Part shown: positions 1 to 7,809 of the stretch, piece after piece
Layout: each line of letters opens with the position of its first letter
How positions within the stretch are numbered: the stretch's first letter is position 1
Source of the DNA: an uncultured Gemmatimonadales bacterium
GTDB lineage: Bacteria > Gemmatimonadota > Gemmatimonadetes > Longimicrobiales > RSA9
NCBI GenBank assembly: GCA_963816355.1
Contig: CAWFKH010000004.1
Span: forward strand, 192,001-256,000
Length of the DNA: 64,000 bases
Direction: 5' to 3'
Translations under genes and position numbers: made by a program
Notes under the pieces: model-generated
Told to the model about the DNA's origin: nothing
The model's input: only the letters and a program-made list of their open reading frames with translations
Databases searched by the model: none

Positions 1-199
1 AGTTGTCGCGGTCGTCCACGTTCGCGAGCGAGGCGGCGATGCCGCCCTCCGCCATCACCGTGTGCGCCTTGCCGAGCAGCGACTTGCACACGACGCCGAC
101 AGAGACGCCGCCGGCGGAAGCCTCGATCGCGGCGCGCAAGCCGGCGCCGCCCGCGCCGATCACCAGGACGTCGTGCTCGAAGATCTCGTACGCGCTCAT
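1..199 (-). CDS. sdhA: Succinate dehydrogenase/fumarate reductase flavoprotein subunit, N-terminus (runs off window)
   Basis: Manual translation MSAYEIFEHDVLVIGAGGAGLRAAIEA...KSLLGKAHTVMAEGG: FAD-binding GxGxxG and covalent-FAD His motif; not in ORF track. Confidence 0.92.
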   Translation of the reverse strand, partial: MSAYEIFEHDVLVIGAGGAGLRAAIEASAGGVSVGVVCKSLLGKAHTVMAEGGIAASLANVDDRDN

Positions 200-209
200 C
201 GGCGATGCC

Positions 210-1013
210 TCACAGGATCCGCCAGTCGCGGAACACGCCCATCGCGAGCATGCGTACGTAGAAGTCGCTGAACGCCACCCAGAACAGGCTCGCCCACGCC
301 CACCGCATGTGGCCGCGGTTGAGGCAGCTCGCGCAGCGGTACGCGACGCTCTGGACGGGTGCCTTCGACAGCTGCGTGAGGCGGCCGCCCACGAGGTGCC
401 GCAACGAATGGCAGCCCAGCACGTAGCCGCCGAGCAGGATCGCGTTCATCGTCAGCACGATCGAGCCGACGCCGATGCCGAAGTGGCGGGCCCCGGTCGC
501 GGCGTCCGCGAACCAGAACGCCTCCCACGCGTCGCGCGCCAGGATCACGATGAAGAAGAGCGAGATGTAGAGGAAGTAGCGGTGCACGTTCTGCAGGATG
601 AGCGGGAAGTGCCGCTCGCCGAGGTAGCGTTTGCGCGGCTCGCCGACCGCGCACGACGGCGGATCGGCCCAGAAGGCCTTGTAGTACGCGCCGCGGTAGT
701 AGTAGCAGGTGAGGCGCATGCCGCCGGGCGCCCACAGGATCAGGAGGGCGGGCGAGAAGACGAGCCCTGCGGGCCACCACGCGGGGCGGCCGGCGAACCA
801 CGCGTGCGGCGAAGGGCCCCAGATCTCCGGCGAGTAGAAGGGCGAGAGGTACGGCCCCCACCAGTAGTTCGCACCCTGGAAGGCGGCCCACGTCGCGTAC
901 ACGACGAACGCGCCGAGAGCGAGGAAGACCGCGCTCGGCGTGAGCCACCAGGCCCCGGGTCTCGAGGTCTCGCCGAACGTGCGTCGAGGCAGCGGTGCCA
1001 CTGCGTGCGCCAT
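210..1013 (-). CDS. Succinate dehydrogenase membrane anchor, Sdh1/Rv0249c-like
   Basis: Multi-TM protein with YLSPFYSP, RLTCYYYR, QNVHRYF, GCHSLRH motifs; GGAGGT RBS before ATG 1013; directly upstream of sdhA. Confidence 0.85.
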   Translation of the reverse strand: MAHAVAPLPRRTFGETSRPGAWWLTPSAVFLALGAFVVYATWAAFQGANYWWGPYLSPFYSPEIWGPSPHAWFAGRPAWWPAGLVFSPALLILWAPGGMRLTCYYYRGAYYKAFWADPPSCAVGEPRKRYLGERHFPLILQNVHRYFLYISLFFIVILARDAWEAFWFADAATGARHFGIGVGSIVLTMNAILLGGYVLGCHSLRHLVGGRLTQLSKAPVQSVAYRCASCLNRGHMRWAWASLFWVAFSDFYVRMLAMGVFRDWRIL

Positions 1014-1315
1014 CGGACCTCCCACGAAGGAAGCGTCGCGCTGCTGCGAGAGTGGAAAGCCGGCGTCCCCGGACGAGCGGCGACGCCGTCGCCGGCGGAC
1101 GATCCGGTCCAGCAGAATAAGGGCGGCGCCGGAGGAGCGCCAACCCGCCGCCCGACGTGTAGGGGATCGGCCCACGCGACATCCGCTCCTTCCCCACGGC
1201 GCCCGGCGACGGACGCGCGTAGCGTGAAGAGGACGCGCGCCGGCGGCACACGGATCGGCGCGGCCTGCTCCGCGCCGCCGCGCGCCCCGCGGCGCCAGCG
1301 AAGGATCGGTGCCCC

Positions 1316-2089
1316 GTGACGCCGTTCACCGCGAAGCAGTTCTTCGACGTCTTCACCGCCTACAACGAGGCCGTTTGGCCCGCGCCGGTGCTGCTGCTGC
1401 TGGGCGCGCTCGTCCTCGCCTACACGGCGGCTCAGCCGAGCCGCCTCGGCGCCGGGGGAGTCGCGGCCGCGCTCGGCCTGCTCTGGATCTGGACCGGCGC
1501 GGTCTACCACCTGGCCTTCTTCACCACGATCGATCCGCTCGCCTGGCTCTTCGGCGGCGCTTTCCTGCTGCAGGGCGTGTTGCTCGCGGCCGCGGGAGCG
1601 CGCCACGCCATCACGTTCGGCACGGGCGACGATGGGGCGTGGGGCGGCGGTGGCGCGCGCGCGGTCGTCGGAGCGATCTTCGTCGCGTACGCGCTCGTGG
1701 GCTACCCGTGGGTCGGCCACCTCACGGGGCACGCGTACCCGGCGACGCCGACGTTCGGGGCGCCGTGTCCGACGACGATCTTCACCTTCGGCGTCCTGCT
1801 CTGGGCTCGCGGACGCGTCCCACCGGCGTTGCTCGTGGTTCCGGCGCTCTGGTCCGTGATCGGCACCACCGCCGTCGTCGCCTTCGGCGTCGTGCAGGAT
1901 GCGGCGCTGATCGTGGCGGGCGGAGTGGGAACCGTGATGATCCTGGCCGGCAACCGGTCCGTCCGCCTCCGGATGGCGGCGCGCCGGGCGGCCGGGCCGC
2001 CGTCGGAGACAGGGCACGACGAAGACGGCCGCGAGCGTGCCCACCGGGCGACGGGCTCGACGGGCGCACCCGGCGGCGGCATCTTGTAG
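1316..2089 (+). CDS. DUF6064-like integral membrane protein
   Basis: PFTAKQFFDVFTAYNEAVWP N-terminus and FGAPCPTTIFTFG motif; about 7 hydrophobic segments. Confidence 0.75.
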   Translation: MTPFTAKQFFDVFTAYNEAVWPAPVLLLLGALVLAYTAAQPSRLGAGGVAAALGLLWIWTGAVYHLAFFTTIDPLAWLFGGAFLLQGVLLAAAGARHAITFGTGDDGAWGGGGARAVVGAIFVAYALVGYPWVGHLTGHAYPATPTFGAPCPTTIFTFGVLLWARGRVPPALLVVPALWSVIGTTAVVAFGVVQDAALIVAGGVGTVMILAGNRSVRLRMAARRAAGPPSETGHDEDGRERAHRATGSTGAPGGGIL

Positions 2090-2121
2090 GCGCGACACGA
2101 CACTCGAGCACAGAGGTGGTG

Positions 2122-2634
2122 ATGGCGAAGCGGCCGGAAGTCCGCAGCTACGATTACGTCAACCACCCCTACGACGACGTACGGGTGGCGCTCACCGCCG
2201 ACGCCCTCGAGGCGTTCCGCTCCGCGACGCGGGCGGCGGCGGCGCGCGCGCGCTCTCTCGCCGCCGAGCTGCGCGTCGACGTCGCCGGGATCGAGATCGG
2301 ACGCGAGATCGACATCGTCGTCAAGGCGATCGACGAGGTGACCGGCGGCGCCGGAGGCACGCCCGTGACCCGTATCCGCATCGGCTGGCAGGCGGCGAAG
2401 CGGCCCCGGCTCTTCCCCCTGATGGACGCGGTCCTCAGCCTCTATCCGCTCACGGCGACGGAGACGCAGCTCGACTTCTCGGGCCGCTACGAGCCGCCAC
2501 TCGGCGTCGTCGGCGCGGCCCTGAACGCGGTCGCGGGCCGCCGCATCGCGGAAGCCTCCGTGCACCGTTTCGTCGCCGACGTCGCGCACCACCTGCGAGA
2601 GCGACTCGGCGAAGGTGCGCCGCGGTCCGGCTGA
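2122..2634 (+). CDS. Hypothetical protein, possibly SRPBCC/START-like fold
   Basis: GAGGTGG RBS before ATG; protein-like 3' part of ORF 1309..2634; GRYEPPLG...GRRIAEASVHRF C-terminus. Confidence 0.65.
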   Translation: MAKRPEVRSYDYVNHPYDDVRVALTADALEAFRSATRAAAARARSLAAELRVDVAGIEIGREIDIVVKAIDEVTGGAGGTPVTRIRIGWQAAKRPRLFPLMDAVLSLYPLTATETQLDFSGRYEPPLGVVGAALNAVAGRRIAEASVHRFVADVAHHLRERLGEGAPRSG

Positions 2635-2661
2635 GCCGACCCCCCCAGACCGGAGAGCCCC

Positions 2662-3015
2662 ATGGCCTACGTTCCCACGCCGACTCCCACCTCCGCCCGC
2701 CCGCTCTCCCCTCGAGCACGGGAGCTGAGCAACCGCATCGGCACCGTGATCGAGGAGTACCGGAAGCACGATCCGAACGTGAGCGAGCGCGACGTTCGCG
2801 ATGCGCTGTCGGCCGCCAGGGGCGGCTTCCAGCGCGGCGGACGCGACGCGACGAGGCGCACCCTCGCCATCGCCATCCTCGCCGGAATCGCGGTCGCCGG
2901 TGCCGTCGTCCTCGCCGGGCTCGAGCGCGGAGGGGGCGCCGGCGTGCCGGTGATCCTCGCCGCCGCATTCGCCGCCGGCGCCATCGTCATGAAGCTGCGC
3001 AGGCGCTCCGACTGA
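2662..3015 (+). CDS. Hypothetical membrane protein (two C-terminal TM helices)
   Basis: GGAG RBS; soluble N-terminus then two hydrophobic helices and a basic tail. Confidence 0.7.
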   Translation: MAYVPTPTPTSARPLSPRARELSNRIGTVIEEYRKHDPNVSERDVRDALSAARGGFQRGGRDATRRTLAIAILAGIAVAGAVVLAGLERGGGAGVPVILAAAFAAGAIVMKLRRRSD

Positions 3016-3027
3016 CGCGCACCAGCG

Positions 3028-3055
3028 GCGGAGCGGGCCCCTCGACCCGCTCCGT
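3028..3055. terminator. Hairpin between convergent genes
   Basis: CGGAGCGGG...CCCGCTCCG inverted repeat between stops at 3015 and 3063; no clear U-tract. Confidence 0.4.
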
Positions 3056-3062
3056 GCGCCGC

Positions 3063-3671
3063 TCACTGCCAGAGGAACGAGAGCCCGAGCTGATAGTATC
3101 TCTGGTCGATGACGTCCGCGCTGAAGAACCCGTTGACCTTCACGTCGCCGGCGAAGGAGCGCTCGAAGCTCGCGTAGGGTGAGATCGCCAACCGCCGTGC
3201 GACACGGATCTGATAGCCGGCACCCGCGCGGGCGGCGAAGCCGCTGATCTGGAGATGGGCCGGCTGTCCCGACGTGGCATCCGTGCCGGTGCTGGTGAAG
3301 CGGGCGTATCCGGCCCCGAGGTCGACGTAGATCCCCTCGTCGTGGGGATTGTAGCCCCCGGTCAGCATCCACGTCGTGATCCCGCTGTGCAGGTCCGGCC
3401 CGCTCTCCCGGTGGCGCCAGCCGTCCACGCGCACACCCGCGCGCCAGTGGTCGCCGATCGTGCCCCCGAGGCCGACGAAGAACGTCGCGCCCGGCGTCGT
3501 GCTGCGGTCGCAGCCGTCGCAGGTGGTCAGAGAGGCCCAGCCCACGCCACCGCCGCCGGCGACCCAGAAGCCGCGGTGCGGCGGAGCCCGACGCTGCGCG
3601 GCGAGCGGCTGAGCCCAGGCGGCCGCACCGACGGCCAGCGCAAAGAGCATGCACGTGATTCGTCGCCTCAT
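3063..3671 (-). CDS. Small outer-membrane beta-barrel protein
   Basis: Signal peptide (AWA-Q), alternating Gly/aromatic strands, C-terminal YQLGLSFLWQ. Confidence 0.75.
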   Translation of the reverse strand: MRRRITCMLFALAVGAAAWAQPLAAQRRAPPHRGFWVAGGGGVGWASLTTCDGCDRSTTPGATFFVGLGGTIGDHWRAGVRVDGWRHRESGPDLHSGITTWMLTGGYNPHDEGIYVDLGAGYARFTSTGTDATSGQPAHLQISGFAARAGAGYQIRVARRLAISPYASFERSFAGDVKVNGFFSADVIDQRYYQLGLSFLWQ

Positions 3672-3913
3672 CCCGACCTCACTGAACGGAACTGCGGTTT
3701 CCGTTCGCCTCGACAGCCACGCCGACCGTGACCACGAACGGTGCGATTCGAGTGGAGAGCGGCCCGCATACGGCCGCTCGTCAAGATGGGCGCGCCGCCG
3801 CTCCGGTCAATGGTGTCCGAGATGCGCGGACGGGGCCCCCCGCTCCATCACGGGGGACCCCGCCCTCACGCGGCGGCCGGTCGACCGACCGCCGCGGCCG
3901 CTGCAAAAAGGCC

Positions 3914-5314
3914 TCAGAAGGAGACCACCCCCTGTAGCATGAGCCCGTCGAACCGTCCGCCGCTGCGGATGTCCGTGGTCGGGAAGTCGTTGTACCTCTG
4001 CTTCACGTACTCACCCTTGAGCAGCAAGTTCGGCGTGATGAACCAGCCGCCCGCGAGCTCCGCGCGCGCCACGCGAACGTCGCCGTCAATCCCGGGAAGG
4101 GTGCCCTTCGCCAGGTTGTAGCGGCCGCCGACGTAGAGCTTGTCGCCCTCGAGGAAGCGGTAGACGACGTCGCCGTCGTACTGCGTCCACTTGCGCACGC
4201 TCGTCTCGCTGGAGGAGCGGCCCTTGGCCTGCTCGGCGACGCCGAAGACCTCGAGGCGGCCGACCTTCACGAACGGGTTGATCATGAAGCTGTGGATCTC
4301 GCTGCCGAACTGCGGGTTGATCGTGCCGGACCACGCCTGGCTGCTGGAGGACGCCTGCGTGTTCTCCAGCACGTACCAGAAGGGGGAGCCGCCGCGATCG
4401 CCGTGGTAGAGCGTGTTGCTGAGCGACTTCGCCTGGCTGAAGAGCGAGCCGGTGAGGCGCACGCGCACGTCCGGCGTGACCTGCTTGTCGAAGCCGAGCT
4501 TGCCGTAGATCGCCGGCGAGCGCCTGCCCGGGTTCGTCACTTCGCCGTGGACCTCGCCGCCCGTCACCCCGACCATGCCGATCAACGGACCGGGCCGCAC
4601 CAGTACCTCGCCACCGATCTCCGTCGTGAAGCCGTCCAGGATCAGGTTGCCGACGAACGGGTCATAGAGCGCCTGGCCGTTGTCGCTGCGCCGGAAGTGC
4701 GCGTCGCCGTAGTCGATCTCGAAGTGGCCGGCCTTCACCGTCGTGAACGCCATCAGGAACTGCAGCGGCAGCCAGTCGATCGGCGACTGGTCGATCAGCA
4801 GGTAGCCGTCCTTCACCCACGCCTCGCTGTGGTGCCGTGACGAAAGGTAGGTGGTGAGCGCCACCCGGATCCCCGGCGCAAGCTGCGCGTTCAGGTACAG
4901 GTTCGCCGCCGCGTTGTCGAAGCCCGCGCCGATGTCCTTCAGCGCGTTCTGGTCGACGCCGTCCACCATCTTCGGCGCCGCGGCGTTGCTGTGCGACAGC
5001 GACTGGAACTGCTGCGCGAACGCCGCGCCGAACGCGAGCCGGAAGCCGTCGAACGGGACGTCGTCGAACTTCGGCGCCTCGAAGATGTTCAGGCCGCGCT
5101 GATCGTTCGCGCGCATCCGCTGGATCGTGATCGGTGGCGCCTTGCTCGGCGAATCGTCCGTCGCCGAGCCCGTCGTCGAGTCCGTCGCCGAGCCCGACGT
5201 GGCCGTCTTCGCGCCTCCGTCCTTCCCCGTCGACGGGCTCTGCTGCGCCGCGAGGGGAGCCACGCCCATCGCCGCCAGGGCGATGCTCAGGAACAGCCTG
5301 CCATGCCATCTCAT
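3914..5314 (-). CDS. Uncharacterised porin-like outer-membrane protein
   Basis: Start MRWHGRLFLSIALAAMG signal peptide; amphipathic beta strands; terminal Phe (LQGVVSF). Confidence 0.8.
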   Translation of the reverse strand: MRWHGRLFLSIALAAMGVAPLAAQQSPSTGKDGGAKTATSGSATDSTTGSATDDSPSKAPPITIQRMRANDQRGLNIFEAPKFDDVPFDGFRLAFGAAFAQQFQSLSHSNAAAPKMVDGVDQNALKDIGAGFDNAAANLYLNAQLAPGIRVALTTYLSSRHHSEAWVKDGYLLIDQSPIDWLPLQFLMAFTTVKAGHFEIDYGDAHFRRSDNGQALYDPFVGNLILDGFTTEIGGEVLVRPGPLIGMVGVTGGEVHGEVTNPGRRSPAIYGKLGFDKQVTPDVRVRLTGSLFSQAKSLSNTLYHGDRGGSPFWYVLENTQASSSSQAWSGTINPQFGSEIHSFMINPFVKVGRLEVFGVAEQAKGRSSSETSVRKWTQYDGDVVYRFLEGDKLYVGGRYNLAKGTLPGIDGDVRVARAELAGGWFITPNLLLKGEYVKQRYNDFPTTDIRSGGRFDGLMLQGVVSF

Positions 5315-5349
5315 GATCGATCTCTCTCTATCGTGAAGGGGTCGTTGGC

Positions 5350-5967
5350 TTACCGCGAGCCGCCGTCCTGGATCAGCGCGACCGTCTGCGCCCGCATCAC
5401 CATGTCGAAGCTCACGCGTACCTCGTCTCCCACCTTGAGCGTGCCCAGCATCAGCGTCGGCGGCTTCACGCCGAAGTCCGTCATGCGAATCTCCTGCTTC
5501 CCCTGCACCCGGATGCCGCCGTCCGGGGACTTCGTCACCGTCACGTCCATCGTCACCGGCCGCGTCTGACCGGCAATCGTCATGTCGCCCGTCACCTTCA
5601 CAGGCACCGTCTCGGCGTCGATCGCCGCGCCGATGTCGTAGGCGCTCATCACGTAGCTGATGGTCGGATACTCCTTCGCCTTCAGCGCCTTCTCCAGGTG
5701 CTCCTCCATCTTCCCGTTGCCGCAGTCGATCTTCTCCACCGGGAAGCTCAGCGACACCGCCTCCACCGACTTCTCGCCCGCGACGACGCTCGACTCGTAT
5801 CCGGCGCCCGCCTTCAGCACCGTCCTGATCTCCGCCTCCCGGCACGACCAGCTGCGAACCGTCGAGGTGCCGGAGATATCGAGCTGGCCCGCCGGCTCCT
5901 GCGCCGCCGCGCCGCCCACCCAGACGAGCCCGGCCACCGCCAGGCCCAGAATCCACTCTTTTCGCAT
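5350..5967 (-). CDS. YceI family lipid/polyisoprenoid-binding periplasmic protein
   Basis: GAGGAG RBS, signal peptide, GTSTVRSW, G-x-MTIAG-x-TRPV, MTDFGVKPP motifs. Confidence 0.88.
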   Translation of the reverse strand: MRKEWILGLAVAGLVWVGGAAAQEPAGQLDISGTSTVRSWSCREAEIRTVLKAGAGYESSVVAGEKSVEAVSLSFPVEKIDCGNGKMEEHLEKALKAKEYPTISYVMSAYDIGAAIDAETVPVKVTGDMTIAGQTRPVTMDVTVTKSPDGGIRVQGKQEIRMTDFGVKPPTLMLGTLKVGDEVRVSFDMVMRAQTVALIQDGGSR

Positions 5968-6175
5968 GGTCAACTCCTCATTGCAATCCGTGAGAGGCCA
6001 CCGCGATTCCCGGTAGGTTCACCTCCCTCACGGCTGCAATAACCTATTTCCGCATGATGATTGGATCAGTCGGGAAAGGGAGGAAACCCACGCGGGGCAG
6101 CACGCCACGGCCGCGTACGGAGGAAGGCGACGAAACGCACCGAACCGTAGGGAAAACCCCGACAGGCGCCAATGC

Positions 6176-6282
6176 CCCTCGGCGAAGCCGAGCTTCCCTC
6201 GGCGAAGCCGAGCTTCCCACGGCGAAGCCCGAGCTTCCCTCGGCGAAGCCCGAGCTTCCCTCGGCGAAGCCGAGCTTCCCTC
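6176..6282. repeat. Tandem array, 5 copies of 20/21-nt unit GGCGAAGCC(C)GAGCTTCCCTC
   Basis: Units start at 6181, 6201, 6221, 6242, 6263; each holds a GAAGC/GCTTC inverted repeat; no spacers. Confidence 0.95.
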
Positions 6283-6302
6283 GCCGCCAGGCGAGCGTTC
6301 AG

Positions 6303-6374
6303 TGGGCCGGGTGGGGATCGAACCCACGACCCTGGGCTTAAAAGGCCCCTGCTCTACCACTGAGCTACCGGCCC
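6303..6374 (-). tRNA. tRNA-Lys (anticodon UUU), CCA not encoded
   Basis: GGGCCGGTAGCTCAGTGGTAGAGCA...CTTTTAA...GGTTCGATCCC...CCGGCCCA cloverleaf. Confidence 0.97.
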
Positions 6375-6380
6375 GGCGAG

Positions 6381-6409
6381 AAGCTAACCGCTCGGTCGAA
6401 GGCCTACAA
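6381..6409 (-). promoter_or_regulatory. sigma70-like promoter of tRNA-Lys
   Basis: TTGTAG-N17-TAGCTT ending 6 nt before the tRNA. Confidence 0.6.
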
Positions 6410-6709
6410 CCGGCCGGTGGGCGCCGCGGCGGGCGGCACGTTCAGTCGACGCGCAGGGTCGTCGCGGAATCGACGCGGGTCGCGCGGGGCGGGCGGCACG
6501 CGCGCAAGCGCGGCTGCGGCGAGGAGGAGGATCGCGGCGAGGCGTGGACCAGCGGGTCGTGCGGCGATGCGGCCGCGACGCCCGGCAGCGCTAGCGCGCT
6601 CGAGCGCCGGCGGATAGAAACGCGCGCGCTGCGCCTTGTGCAGCGCCGGCCGCTTCCGGCGGGGGGTGCTTCCCGCGGACTACACTTCGCGCGGTGGTGC
6701 TTCCCGCGG

Positions 6710-7135
6710 TCATTCTTCCGGCTCGGGTTGTCCTTTCAGGGCGGTGTTGTGGCCGAGCCAGGCGCCGGCGATGGCGGCGGCGATCTGCTCGAGGAGGAGG
6801 CCGGAGGCGGCGACGGGGGTGACGCCCGTCCACGTCGTGGCCGGGACGAGGGCGACGGTCACGATGTTGAGGAAGAACCAGGCGACGAGAGACGTCAGCC
6901 CGATGGCGAGGCCGTGGAGGATCGGCGCGTGCATGGAGCGGAAGCCGGCGACGAAGCCGCCCGTCGCGAACCCCGCCGCGAGCGCGATCGCGGCGATCGC
7001 CGCCCCGCCGGCGTCCTCCGGCGCGAGCCCGAGCGCCGCGAAGAGGAGGAAGACGCCCGCCGCGACGGCCACGGCCACGAGCCATCCCATGGCGACGTTG
7101 GTGGAGCGGACGTTCTGGAGGTGCTCGGTGTGCAT
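6710..7135 (-). CDS. Hypothetical 4-TM membrane protein
   Basis: MHTEHLQNVRSTNVAMGWL...; four hydrophobic helices; typical GC3 bias. Confidence 0.75.
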   Translation of the reverse strand: MHTEHLQNVRSTNVAMGWLVAVAVAAGVFLLFAALGLAPEDAGGAAIAAIALAAGFATGGFVAGFRSMHAPILHGLAIGLTSLVAWFFLNIVTVALVPATTWTGVTPVAASGLLLEQIAAAIAGAWLGHNTALKGQPEPEE

Positions 7136-7286
7136 GGGTGTTTCCAGGGTTGTGGTTGGTGTTCGCGGTCGCGGGTGGCGTCGAGCGAGTCCCGGACCGC
7201 GATCGGTCCGCGGTCTGCGGAGGGGGTCTGCGGGAGGTATGGGGTACCCGGTCTCGGGGAACACCCTCCTCCGCGATCTCCCCGCT

Positions 7287-7450
7287 CAATCCCGCAGTCC
7301 AATCCCGCAGTCCAATCCCGCAGTCCAATCCCGCAGTTCAATCCCGCGGTCCAATCCCGCAGTCCAATCCCGCAGTCCAATCCCGCAGTCCAATCCCGCA
7401 GTCCAATCCCGCGGTCCAATCCCGCGGTCCAATCCCGCAGTCCCGCAGTC
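7287..7450. repeat. Tandem array, 12 full copies plus partial of 13-mer CAATCCCGCAGTC
   Basis: Direct count 7287-7442; variants CAATCCCGCGGTC x3 and CAATCCCGCAGTT x1; intergenic. Confidence 0.97.
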
Positions 7451-7452
7451 CA

Positions 7453-7641
7453 TCACCCTTCCTCCATCCTCTCCCCCGCGGCCTTGGCGGCGGCTTCGAT
7501 CTCGTCGCGCTGCTGCGCGAAGTGGCGATAGAGCGCGAACGTGGCCCATGCCGCAACGGCGAAGATGAGGACCGGAAAGCCCCAGCTCCACAGCGGCCCG
7601 TGCAGACGGTGCACGGTGAGCACGCTGTCGGCGGCGTTCAT
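7453..7641 (-). CDS. 62-aa single-TM microprotein
   Basis: GGAGGA RBS, ATGA overlap with upstream gene, one TM helix (WSWGFPVLIFAVAAWATFALY) then charged tail. Confidence 0.7.
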   Translation of the reverse strand: MNAADSVLTVHRLHGPLWSWGFPVLIFAVAAWATFALYRHFAQQRDEIEAAAKAAGERMEEG

Positions 7642-7808
7642 GGTGATCCTCCCGGATGGGGCTCGGTTCGTGCCGGGTCGGCGCCCTCCTCGCCCGCCGC
7701 CTCGGCGTTGCGCCGGCGTCGCCAGGCGAGGTAGGCGAGTCCCATGCCGAGGAAGGACGCGATGTAGGCGATGCTCATGCCGATGAGGGTGACGAGGCCG
7801 CGCTCCAT
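7638..7808 (-). CDS. 56-aa single-TM microprotein (below ORF-track cutoff)
   Basis: MERGLVTLIGMSIAYIASFLGMGLAYLAWRRRRNAEAAGEEGADPARTEPHPGGSP; AGGAGG RBS inside the SSS 3' end; starts 1 nt after SSS stop. Confidence 0.75.
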   Translation of the reverse strand: MERGLVTLIGMSIAYIASFLGMGLAYLAWRRRRNAEAAGEEGADPARTEPHPGGSP

Positions 7809-7809
7809 C

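Noticed and set aside
6028..6170. c-di-GMP or other riboswitch upstream of yceI
   Set aside because: No recognisable aptamer consensus on the transcribed strand
6176..6282. CRISPR array
   Set aside because: Units are contiguous with no unique spacers and no cas genes nearby
1..6374. Integrated element at tRNA-Lys
   Set aside because: No integrase, no duplicated tRNA 3' end seen and no obvious compositional shift
7287..7450. CRISPR array or repeat protein (PQSNPAVQSR / GLRDWTAGLDC ORFs)
   Set aside because: No spacers; 13 is not a multiple of 3 and the ORFs are by-products of a stop-free repeat
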